A program made the position numbers and the translations under genes. Under the pieces are notes generated by a model, which was not told where the DNA came from, ran no database searches, and saw only the letters and a program-made list of their open reading frames with translations. From a virus, in the IMG/VR virus record IMGVR_UViG_3300037041_002705, positions 69,674-133,673 of that record: a stretch of DNA of 64,000 bases. One strand, 5' to 3'. Positions 57,201 through 64,000 of the stretch are shown piece after piece (the first letter of the stretch is position 1; the number at the start of each line of letters is the position of its first letter).

Positions 57201-57947
57201 ACGAAGAGCACATACGAGAAGCAGATACCGTCTGTGACCAATACAAGCTCTACGCCAACAAGCTCAAAAACATACCTGTACAACCAAAAGACAAAGTACC
57301 TAAACACCCTTACCGGAGACCTATCAAACACAAACATACAGATAGGCTACAACCTCCAGTACATGATAGAGCAGAACCTGATAACTGTTAAGTTTGGAAG
57401 TCAAACTTACACAGGCTGGGATGCAGTGTTTGAGATACTTTCAAGAAACCAAGGAGCCGGAGACTTTAAGTATTCTGTGACCCCTACGGAACAGATAAAC
57501 GACTGGCAGATAACGCTTGCACAGTATTATGATCAACTTCTTATCTCGCTGTTTGACTCAAAGATAAACAACAACCAAATCAAGGATACTGCGGTCATAT
57601 CAAACCTTGTCATATTACAAGGGCAGCCTCCGGTTGAGAAGCCACAGAAGATAACGTACGTACGCGTCATAAGAAAGACCACGCCTTCAGGTGCAGCGTT
57701 TGAAGGCTCAGGTCAATTCACGCAGAAGTCTGCATACATGGTAAAACAAGTCGCTGCTGATTTCATTGATCTTGAACCTGCATTTACTGTTTTCCTTAAG
57801 GAGGAGTCCACAAAGGATCTTCCTTCTGTTCTGACTGCAACGATATCTGGTGTCAACTACACATACGACAAGAAGGATCCGTATCAGGTGTCCGATTGGT
57901 TGTCTGGCCTTCCAACAGGAACAATAAAATCCAGTTGGCTGCAATAA
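54210..57947 (+). CDS. Large structural protein with central coiled coil and Gly/Asn/Gln linker
   Basis: 1245-aa ORF; beta-rich N-terminus, long heptad region, NQGTG repeats. Confidence 0.65.
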   Translation: MPKSRLVKLNDYALLELTYEESTINTDSSGFTIIDNTIQAYLQVLNDNNSSKATGNVLDRSSVQIGTNQWVRTEQDVAIPYLSTDQRFDVTSLATEAPLLQWNVTYDRVRVHILSGYTFTASSGFVLETSYPEANGTKNTRVSLETYVNGDDYIVFNTRPLVMNGANYDKYIEFKIPSLSDMITEYNAAVDKQDAIAYYLTSDNSGFLTEGLIRFDFYEITEVNNINGYDYLTTGVPTYVSVEPQDQFSNLAAVITQQGDYFEYYPTWDDAFIADYIAILNETKGRYVVIHELTVSEQIGFSQIYSSSNVILQTSDFDQPSLFKPILKNADTAFSFSVDYTMRLTNETDGSQIIRTASVTSFEPKRFGKNSLKLNVREDVIPYKVYNKVTNGPVFNLPVSKQDIRIQRIIAPSFYENNNVSVSTGKMFIDKAGQFIPEDLFEWDIIFGQTEAIVLVSPFDNYFKFNVFRVTPDSIESLDLSTAQEIDIVFETTSGNKYRYSLYQPFPTDQTTVTNQINDTKSGKLIFRVPANDSARMIDDLPGKFYITVRNQNIVKARVSLDIASDLRGKEVTIPFPDWSQKSKDDLITVYSNLKPYTIEKRYLEVIEVVPDGLTGEETVVYKGNVDKIENYQTVLDKVDELRNNSFLARLNSIKDREAVLDQTTKNLNVREAQLNSKESTLKALETALLGQQQTLQEQTDALEDQQTELDRRNALLKQREEELRRLMEEAKNGQSDSVKELAEIIKSLREEIERLSRLNRGNQGNQGTGNQGTGNQGTNNKKNFLNTDVLIDQGNFWQDPFGPGGSANLGGPQGGTNANTTTNVVYDVYYVNTDTFVGRYEIRSFSASGLTAEQKKQLFDKEFVNDPRTNGGKYTELKKKQIRTFQAGEKSYNSKWFVEKSNTSTNDSKSGSTTGAKIAVLEFPTSGFVSVGNNPNVTTVIFDDQPVNASYTRTVASLTTFRVEVALDDMYQQGKSDLAAGKNTFLAGYSKYIDRLTKSTYEKQIPSVTNTSSTPTSSKTYLYNQKTKYLNTLTGDLSNTNIQIGYNLQYMIEQNLITVKFGSQTYTGWDAVFEILSRNQGAGDFKYSVTPTEQINDWQITLAQYYDQLLISLFDSKINNNQIKDTAVISNLVILQGQPPVEKPQKITYVRVIRKTTPSGAAFEGSGQFTQKSAYMVKQVAADFIDLEPAFTVFLKEESTKDLPSVLTATISGVNYTYDKKDPYQVSDWLSGLPTGTIKSSWLQ
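56493..56546 (+). repeat. Short tandem 15-bp repeat (AACCAGGGAACGGGG) encoding GNQGT
   Basis: ggtaatcaaggaaatcagggaacggggaaccagggaacggggaaccaggggacc. Confidence 0.8.
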
Positions 57948-57973
57948 TGGTGTAACATGCCAAAATTGCCGCT

Positions 57974-57982
57974 GATATATAC
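57974..57982 (+). promoter_or_regulatory. Putative late promoter GATATATAC upstream of the ssDNA-binding protein gene
   Basis: Intergenic RATATATA motif 61 nt upstream of ATG 58044. Confidence 0.65.
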
Positions 57983-58043
57983 AGAGTAACTAGTACTACT
58001 TACATTTCTAACATTTTCTAAAATTTCTCGAAAGGAACTTATT

Positions 58044-59015
58044 ATGTCTTTTGATTTTGATTCGCTACTAGATGGCGATAATGCACTGGATGCATTCAAC
58101 AAACCAGCACGTCAGGAAGACGTTGTATACAAGCCAAAGGCTCAGGACGGAAAGGATAACGTCTACAAGGCAGTTGTCAGGTTCATACCTTGGTACAAGA
58201 ACCCAAAGAAGTCCGTCATTGAAAAGTGGACAGGTTGGATGGAAGATCCAACAACAGGAAAGGGCAGATACGTTGATTGCCCTTCATCAGTAGGCCAAGA
58301 GAGCCCACTGTTCAGAATGTGGAAGAAGCTCAAGGATTCAGAGAATCCGTATGAGCGTGAGATGTCAAAGGTGTTTTCACGCCGTCTCAATTGCTACTGT
58401 CTGGTCCAGATCGTAAAGGACGCACAGAATCCAGACCTCGAAGGCAAGATCAAGGTCTTCAAGTTTGGAAAGAAGCTCAAGGACAAGATTGAGGCTGAGC
58501 TCAACCCAGAGATTGGAGAGCCACGTGATCCATTCAACCTCTTGAAGGGCCGTCGCTTTGTTCTTCACATCACAAAGCAGGGCGAGTGGGACAACTATGA
58601 CAACTCAAAGTTTGATGGTGAACCATACCCAATCCTTCACGCACCTGATGGAAACATCGATCTTCGTGAAGCCATCAATGATCCAGACGTAAAGAAGAAG
58701 GCAGCAGAATACCTTGAAAAGGGATCTCCTGACCTCGAAGAGTTTGGATTCAAGGAGTGGGATGAGACAACAACAAACCTTGTCAACTCAGTTATTCGTT
58801 CAGTCACAAATTCATCTGGTGCTGCAATCAGCTCAACAGATGACATCATGGCTGCTCCAAGGTCTTCAAAGAAGGCAGTGGCAGTGTCAAGCGTTGACGA
58901 CATCCTCGATGATGAGGTTGTCCCAGCAAAGAAGAAGCCTGCGGCACAGAAGCCAAAGTCTGTCGATGAGATAAACATCGATGACATCGATCTTGACATG
59001 TACGGTGACCTCTAA
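58044..59015 (+). CDS. gp32: Single-stranded DNA-binding protein (T4 gp32-like)
   Basis: YKAVVRFIP, VQIVKDAQNPDLEGKIKVFKFGKKLKDKI, DPFNLLKG, WDNYDNSKF, acidic C-terminal tail. Confidence 0.92.
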   Translation: MSFDFDSLLDGDNALDAFNKPARQEDVVYKPKAQDGKDNVYKAVVRFIPWYKNPKKSVIEKWTGWMEDPTTGKGRYVDCPSSVGQESPLFRMWKKLKDSENPYEREMSKVFSRRLNCYCLVQIVKDAQNPDLEGKIKVFKFGKKLKDKIEAELNPEIGEPRDPFNLLKGRRFVLHITKQGEWDNYDNSKFDGEPYPILHAPDGNIDLREAINDPDVKKKAAEYLEKGSPDLEEFGFKEWDETTTNLVNSVIRSVTNSSGAAISSTDDIMAAPRSSKKAVAVSSVDDILDDEVVPAKKKPAAQKPKSVDEINIDDIDLDMYGDL

Positions 59016-59026
59016 TAGAAACCAAT

Positions 59027-59057
59027 AAAAAGGGGCCGAAAGGCCCCTTCTATTTTT
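59027..59057 (+). terminator. Rho-independent terminator after gp32
   Basis: AAGGGGCC-gaaa-GGCCCCTT followed by CTATTTTT; upstream A run makes it potentially bidirectional. Confidence 0.8.
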
Positions 59058-59071
59058 AAGAGGATTGCACC

Positions 59072-60145
59072 ATGGAAAAAGTAGACATATCATCAGAAGA
59101 GAGGGTCGATCTCATACTGTCTCCGTTGAGAGATGTTCTAGTAGAGAGGTTTGGTTCCCAATCACAGAAGTCAAAGGTAAGAGTAGGCCGTGAAAGGCTT
59201 AACTTTGCCTGCCCCTACTGCGGAGACTCACACGCAGATGCACGCAAGAAAAGGGGAAACATATTCCTTAGCTCCCTGAGCTTCCACTGCTACAACTGTG
59301 GGACGCACAGGACGCTCAGTAGCTTTCTAAAAGACTTCAACAGGCTTGCAGAAGGTTGGACGAAGATAAACCAGCTTGCAATAGACTCTGTCACAAACTT
59401 CACATCACATCGGTCTGTGGACTCGGAGAGGGTCCTTGATGCTCTGTTTGACGTTGAGTTATCGAACCATCTGTTCGATCGTGATGAGATAAAGAAGAAG
59501 TTGAACCTGATAGAGGTTCAAGGAACAAAGATGCAGGTCTATCTTGAGAAGAGGCTGCAACGTGACTTCAACCGGTTCCTATGGGATCCAAAGTCCCACA
59601 AGCTGTTCATACTTAACCTAAAGGGGTCTGACAAGGTCATAGGATGGCAGGTCAGAAACTTTGGAAAGTATGCAGACAATGGATCAAAGTACCTTACCTA
59701 CAAATGGTCAAAGGCATGTGAGGTCCTTGGGATTGAATCATCTGTTCCTAGTGTTGACCTCTTGGATAAGCTCAGCTACACGTTCAACATATTCAACGTC
59801 GACTTCACCAGGCCTATAACTGTGTTTGAAGGGCCATTGGACAGCTTCCTTTTTCCAAACAGCATAGCCCTTGCATCGCTGCACACAAGGATACCCTTTG
59901 AGAGCGAATCATTCAGGTTCCTTCTTGACAACGATAAGCCCGGTCAGGATAAGACCCTGGAGTTTCTAAAGGATGGAAAGACTGTGTTTCTGTGGAAGAA
60001 CTTCCTCCGTGAAAATGATATAAAGATAAACAGGTCAAAGATAGACTGGACTGATGTCATGGTCTACTGCTACCTGAATGGAAAGAAGATAACAAACGTA
60101 TCAAAGTACTTCACAGACAACAAATATGACGTGGTTTACATATGA
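59072..60145 (+). CDS. gp61: DNA primase (T4 gp61-like)
   Basis: Zn ribbon NFACPYCGDS...FHCYNCG, TOPRIM VFEGPLDS and LLDND. Confidence 0.9.
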   Translation: MEKVDISSEERVDLILSPLRDVLVERFGSQSQKSKVRVGRERLNFACPYCGDSHADARKKRGNIFLSSLSFHCYNCGTHRTLSSFLKDFNRLAEGWTKINQLAIDSVTNFTSHRSVDSERVLDALFDVELSNHLFDRDEIKKKLNLIEVQGTKMQVYLEKRLQRDFNRFLWDPKSHKLFILNLKGSDKVIGWQVRNFGKYADNGSKYLTYKWSKACEVLGIESSVPSVDLLDKLSYTFNIFNVDFTRPITVFEGPLDSFLFPNSIALASLHTRIPFESESFRFLLDNDKPGQDKTLEFLKDGKTVFLWKNFLRENDIKINRSKIDWTDVMVYCYLNGKKITNVSKYFTDNKYDVVYI

Positions 60146-60341
60146 CGATCAGCACCGTGATTTTGAACATGATCCACAAGACCTTGAACAGAAGCTTAAG
60201 GGTCCTGTTTCGTTTTCACTGGATGTTGATGATCCTCCCAAAGTAGGTCTAGATGTTGAGATCAAGAAGAAGAAAAGCTTTGCTTACAAAATCAAAGAGA
60301 AGATAATAAATGTCAAAGGAAACACAAGAGAACTATTCTAA
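60126..60341 (+). CDS. Small hypothetical protein
   Basis: 71-aa ORF filling the gap between primase and UvsY-like genes. Confidence 0.55.
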   Translation: MTWFTYDDQHRDFEHDPQDLEQKLKGPVSFSLDVDDPPKVGLDVEIKKKKSFAYKIKEKIINVKGNTRELF

Positions 60342-60777
60342 GGATATGGACCAGGAGCTTGAGAGGATCAAGGAACGGTTCATTGAAGAGCGTGGCAAGT
60401 GGAAGGACAAAGTAGTCGACATGGCCAGGCGCATGAAGAGCATCTCAGATCTTGCAGAGCTGCAGGTCGATCTGTATACATACAGACAGGAGGCCATTGA
60501 GTACTACTACAACCTCAACCTTGCCGTGATAAAGCTTGAGAAGAAGTACTCAAAGCTCAAGAGAAGGCTTGTAGAAGAACTAAACGACAAGGACGTCAGG
60601 TACGGAAAGACCGATATGAACGTCATTGTTGATGGTGCATCTGCTGACCACAAGCACCACATAGAGATTGTGAAATCTCAGTCTAGCTACCTGTATGAGA
60701 CTGTAAAAACCATAGACAACATGATTTTTGGCATAAAGCACAGAATAGAGATAGAGAACTTCAGAACATCTGTATGA
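60310..60777 (+). CDS. uvsY: Recombination mediator UvsY-like protein
   Basis: Helical 155-aa protein directly upstream of UvsW; C-terminal YLYETVKTIDNMIFGIKHRIEIENF resembles UvsY; alternative start at 60346. Confidence 0.6.
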   Translation: MSKETQENYSKDMDQELERIKERFIEERGKWKDKVVDMARRMKSISDLAELQVDLYTYRQEAIEYYYNLNLAVIKLEKKYSKLKRRLVEELNDKDVRYGKTDMNVIVDGASADHKHHIEIVKSQSSYLYETVKTIDNMIFGIKHRIEIENFRTSV

Positions 60778-60781
60778 TCCA

Positions 60782-62299
60782 ATGAAGGCAAGAGTCACAT
60801 CAGATGGAAGCTGGATCCAGATCTACGACTACACACCCTCGGAGATGGAACAGATAAGGATATCACTCACGAAGAAGATACGTGGGTGGTACTTCAATCC
60901 ATTGGTGAAGAAGAAGCTCTGGGACGGAAACATCAAGTTCATCGATAAGTTCAACCGGGTTCCAATAGGCCTCATAGAGAAGATGCACTCAGTGTGCAGG
61001 AAGTACAACATACCTCTTGAGATAGAGAACCTTGATCAGATGTACTGGGACTTTAATGAGGATGACTTCGATCAGTGGGCTGCTGAGTTCTCTGAGAAGA
61101 TGGAGAAGAAGCCGAGGGACTACCAGATCGATGCAGCAAAGAGGATCATAAAGCACCAGAGGTCGATCAGTGAGATCGCAACTTCTGCAGGGAAGACAAT
61201 GATCATATTCCTCGTCTTCTCATACCTCAGGACACGCGGCCTTGTCGACAGGCTTCTCATAATTGTCCCAAACACAAACCTCATACTCCAGACAATAGAG
61301 GACTTTGAGGAGTATTCAAACGAGAAGAGCCTCATAAAGTTCAAGGCCCAGATGGTCTCTGGCGAGTCAAAGACCAAGAAGCAGCAGAATGCAGATCTGA
61401 TCGTTGGAACATTCCAGTCGCTCGTCAAGCTCGACGACGAGTGGTTTGAGAACGTCACAGGCATATGCGTTGATGAGGCGCACCACACAAATGCAAACTC
61501 CGTCAAGAAGGTCATAGGCAAGTGTGTCAATGCAAGGTTTAAGTTTGGCCTCTCTGGAACACTCATGCAGGATGACACCGCAGACGCTCTGACAATACAG
61601 GCGTTCATAGGCCCTCTTGTAAACACAATAAGCCCACAGGACCTGTTTGACAAGAAGGTTGCAACGCAGGTCAACATCAAGATCATAAGGTTGAAGCACT
61701 CAAGTGAGGAGCTGAAACAGAAGCTTCACTTCCTCAGACAGAGGAAGAACGAGGTCGAAGGGAGCAAGCAGCTTTCCCTTGAGCGAGACCTGATCATAAA
61801 GTCAAAGGAGCGATTCAAGTTCATATGTGACATGCTTGCAAAGACGACAAAGAACTCTCTTGTGCTCTTCCAGAACATCAAGGACAACTACGGAAAGAGG
61901 CTGTACGACCAGTTGAGAGAGACATGCGATGGCAAGGAGATCTACTATGTCGATGGATCGACCTCTGCAAACCTAAGGGAGGAGTACAAGAAGAACATGG
62001 AAGAGGGAGAGAACAGGATCCTCATCGCATCATTTGGCACATTCTCAACAGGAATCAGCATAAACAATCTGCATAACATCTTCTTCATAGAGAGCTACAA
62101 ATCTGAGAAGATCATAAAACAGTCTATAGGCCGTGGAATGAGGCTCCATGCACAGAAGGACAAAGTAACGATAATAGACATCGTCGACGACCTCTCATGG
62201 AAGGGAGACAAGAACTACCTCATGAAGCACGGAGATTCAAGGCTGGAGATATACGACCAGGAAGGGTTCCCATACAAGATATACAAAGTTGACATATGA
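60782..62299 (+). CDS. uvsW: SF2 DNA helicase (T4 UvsW-like)
   Basis: WDGNIK, PRDYQ, ATSAGKT, VDEAH, FGLSGT, FGTFSTGISI, KQSIGRGMR, NYLMKH. Confidence 0.95.
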   Translation: MKARVTSDGSWIQIYDYTPSEMEQIRISLTKKIRGWYFNPLVKKKLWDGNIKFIDKFNRVPIGLIEKMHSVCRKYNIPLEIENLDQMYWDFNEDDFDQWAAEFSEKMEKKPRDYQIDAAKRIIKHQRSISEIATSAGKTMIIFLVFSYLRTRGLVDRLLIIVPNTNLILQTIEDFEEYSNEKSLIKFKAQMVSGESKTKKQQNADLIVGTFQSLVKLDDEWFENVTGICVDEAHHTNANSVKKVIGKCVNARFKFGLSGTLMQDDTADALTIQAFIGPLVNTISPQDLFDKKVATQVNIKIIRLKHSSEELKQKLHFLRQRKNEVEGSKQLSLERDLIIKSKERFKFICDMLAKTTKNSLVLFQNIKDNYGKRLYDQLRETCDGKEIYYVDGSTSANLREEYKKNMEEGENRILIASFGTFSTGISINNLHNIFFIESYKSEKIIKQSIGRGMRLHAQKDKVTIIDIVDDLSWKGDKNYLMKHGDSRLEIYDQEGFPYKIYKVDI

Positions 62300-62910
62300 G
62301 TGAGAACAGACCAGACAACTCAACAGAGTTTTACATATACGGCATCATACCATACGATCGGGTAAATGGAAGCTACAGCCTCATACTCAAGGATAATGAG
62401 GACCTTGGAAAGATGGTGTCACTGATAATAGGAAGCGCAGAGGCGCAATCTATAGCAATATTCCTTGAAGGCGTTGAAATGGACCGACCTTTCACGCATG
62501 ATCTGTTCTGCAACATCCTCATGGATAGGGAAATAGACATTGAGTACGTTGTCATAGATGACAACCATGAACAGACGTTCTTTGCAACTATGGCATTTAA
62601 TGACGGGTCTGTTATAGATTGCAGGCCAAGCGATGGGATATGTATAGCAATAAGGCTAGGGTCTCCAATCTTCATCAACAACGATATAGTTGATGTGATG
62701 TCATTTGAGTATGGAAACGTCAAAGGAATGAAGTCCTCCAATACACAGGAAGAAACAAAAAAGCCAAAGGCCCAAAAGAAGAAGCAGAAGGATGAATCCC
62801 TTGCAGTTGATAAAAAAGAGCTTGAAAAGAGGCTTGAAGAGGCAATAGAAAAGGAAGACTATGAGCTTGCTGCAAAACTGAGGGATGAGATATCAGCGAT
62901 TAAGAAATAG
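62296..62910 (+). CDS. Bifunctional nuclease (DUF151/BFN) with C-terminal UVR domain
   Basis: IIGSAEAQSIA, RPFTHDL, IDCRPSDGICIAIR, UVR motif LEEAIEKEDYELAAKLRDEI. Confidence 0.92.
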   Translation: MSENRPDNSTEFYIYGIIPYDRVNGSYSLILKDNEDLGKMVSLIIGSAEAQSIAIFLEGVEMDRPFTHDLFCNILMDREIDIEYVVIDDNHEQTFFATMAFNDGSVIDCRPSDGICIAIRLGSPIFINNDIVDVMSFEYGNVKGMKSSNTQEETKKPKAQKKKQKDESLAVDKKELEKRLEEAIEKEDYELAAKLRDEISAIKK

Positions 62911-62913
62911 CCA

Positions 62914-64000
62914 TTACTTCACAAGGTATGTGAAATGGTATTTAACTAGGTAAGGAACTGCCTGCGGGAATGACATTTGGAATAGGCCATCATATGACGC
63001 CCCATTGTTGTATGATGTCACTATTCCTCCAATGTTTACTGTGTTCAATGATTGATTGTATGCGCCTGATGTTCCCGATATCTGACATGTACTTGAAGCA
63101 GAAGTTGCAATTGGAACAGGTATCTGAACCTGTCCAAGGCCTGCTCCTGCGGGCGTCACAGAAAATTCACCACTAACGGTAACGACATTTCCAACCCTTA
63201 GCCACTGTGCACAGCTTCCTGTGAGAGAGCTAGGAGCCCAACCTGCAACAGCAGCAACAGCAGGAGTGTATTCACCAGATGATATGTCTGCAGTTGATCC
63301 TGTGCTTGCATTTGTTGTTGGATTGTTGTGGATCCCCAACGTCTTTATCTGCTGGTTGCCCCATAGCTCCATTATTGTGTTTAGTGTAGAGCTTCCATTA
63401 TAGACGCCTGATAGCACCATCTTTGAATGGTAAGTAGCATGTGTTGCGCTTATCCATTCAGATGCCATCCTGTTTGAAGTTATGTCATCTGTTGTAGAGC
63501 TATCAAGAAGGAAGTTCATTCCAACGCTGAACCCTGCTGTTGGTGTTGAAGAGGTATTATGGTAAAGGGCGAGGGGTATTCTTATAGCACCGGTTGTTGC
63601 TGATGAAACCTTAAACAGGCCTGCTGGTGTTGATGCGGTTGCAACGACTGTGACAGACTTGTTTGTTGAATCAAATGTGAAGTTTGCATCAGTTGCCGGT
63701 GCATTGCTAGCAACATAAACCACCCTGGTGTCTGCGCCAGAGAAACTTAGTCCTGTTCCCTGCAGCCCTTGGAATCCTTGAACTCCTGATCCCTGAACAC
63801 CTTGAGTCCCCTGAGTTCCCTGAACTCCCTGGTTGCCTTGTGCCCCTTGGGTTCCCTGCGTGCCTTGTGCACCCTGAACTCCCTGGTTGCCCTGATTTCC
63901 TTGATTTCCCTGGTTGCCCTGTCTTCCTTGCAGTCCTTGCAGTCCCTGAAGACCTTGAGTTCCCTGAACTCCCTGGTTGCCCTGTGCACCTTGAGCTCCT
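62914..64000 (-). CDS. Collagen-like tail fibre protein (5' part beyond the window)
   Basis: The frame of ORF 62914..63723 stays open to the window end and encodes (G-X-Q)n repeats; C-terminal SGEYTP...[12 protein letters not shown] fibre-tip motif. Confidence 0.85.
   Translation of the reverse strand, partial: GAQGAQGNQGVQGTQGLQGLQGLQGRQGNQGNQGNQGNQGVQGAQGTQGTQGAQGNQGVQGTQGTQGVQGSGVQGFQGLQGTGLSFSGADTRVVYVASNAPATDANFTFDSTNKSVTVVATASTPAGLFKVSSATTGAIRIPLALYHNTSSTPTAGFSVGMNFLLDSSTTDDITSNRMASEWISATHATYHSKMVLSGVYNGSSTLNTIMELWGNQQIKTLGIHNNPTTNASTGSTADISSGEYTPAVAAVAGWAPSSLTGSCAQWLRVGNVVTVSGEFSVTPAGAGLGQVQIPVPIATSASSTCQISGTSGAYNQSLNTVNIGGIVTSYNNGASYDGLFQMSFPQAVPYLVKYHFTYLVK
63757..64000 (-). repeat. 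9-bp collagen (Gly-X-Gln) coding repeats
   Basis: Minus strand reads [42 protein letters not shown]... Confidence 0.9.

Noticed and set aside
63747-63989. 80-aa Arg-rich minus-strand ORF in the ORF track
   Set aside because: It is an out-of-frame reading of the collagen repeats; the G-X-Q frame is continuous with the fibre gene.
1-64000. Alternative genetic code (stop-codon reassignment) as in some huge phages
   Set aside because: Standard-code ORFs tile the window with genes up to 2157 aa, and TAA, TGA and TAG all end genes at sensible positions.
1-64000. CRISPR array, tRNA, rRNA, intron, intein, reverse transcriptase or DGR
   Set aside because: Intergenic gaps are under about 150 nt; I saw no spaced direct repeats, cloverleafs, intein or RT motifs; primase and UvsW have normal lengths.

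Overview
A gene-dense, almost entirely + strand segment of a very large T4-related (jumbo/huge) myophage genome in the standard genetic code, probably infecting a Bacteroidota host (inference: mostly no Shine-Dalgarno motifs, a BFN-UVR nuclease, a Bacteroidota-phage-type spanin candidate). In order it holds an AAA ATPase, guanylate kinase, GT2 glycosyltransferase and lysozyme; a head module (prohead protease-scaffold fusion, gp23-like major capsid protein); a candidate cytosine-hypermodification cluster (MBD4-like glycosylase, DUF6378-like protein, a protein whose N-terminus resembles the T4 beta-glucosyltransferase acceptor domain fused to an SGNH domain, a gp42-like dCMP-modifying enzyme, a DUF707-like glycosyltransferase); a ~45 kb neck/baseplate/fibre module interspersed with RuvC-like, GT2, ribosomal S1-like and amidoligase genes; and a replication/recombination module (gp32, primase, UvsY, UvsW). 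A motif RATATATA recurs immediately upstream of eight transcription units and looks like a late promoter analogous to T4 TATAAATA. The most novel candidate system is the BGT-N::SGNH fusion next to the dCMP-modifying enzyme, which suggests acylation rather than glucosylation of modified cytosine in DNA. All family assignments come from reading motifs by eye; no database searches were run.
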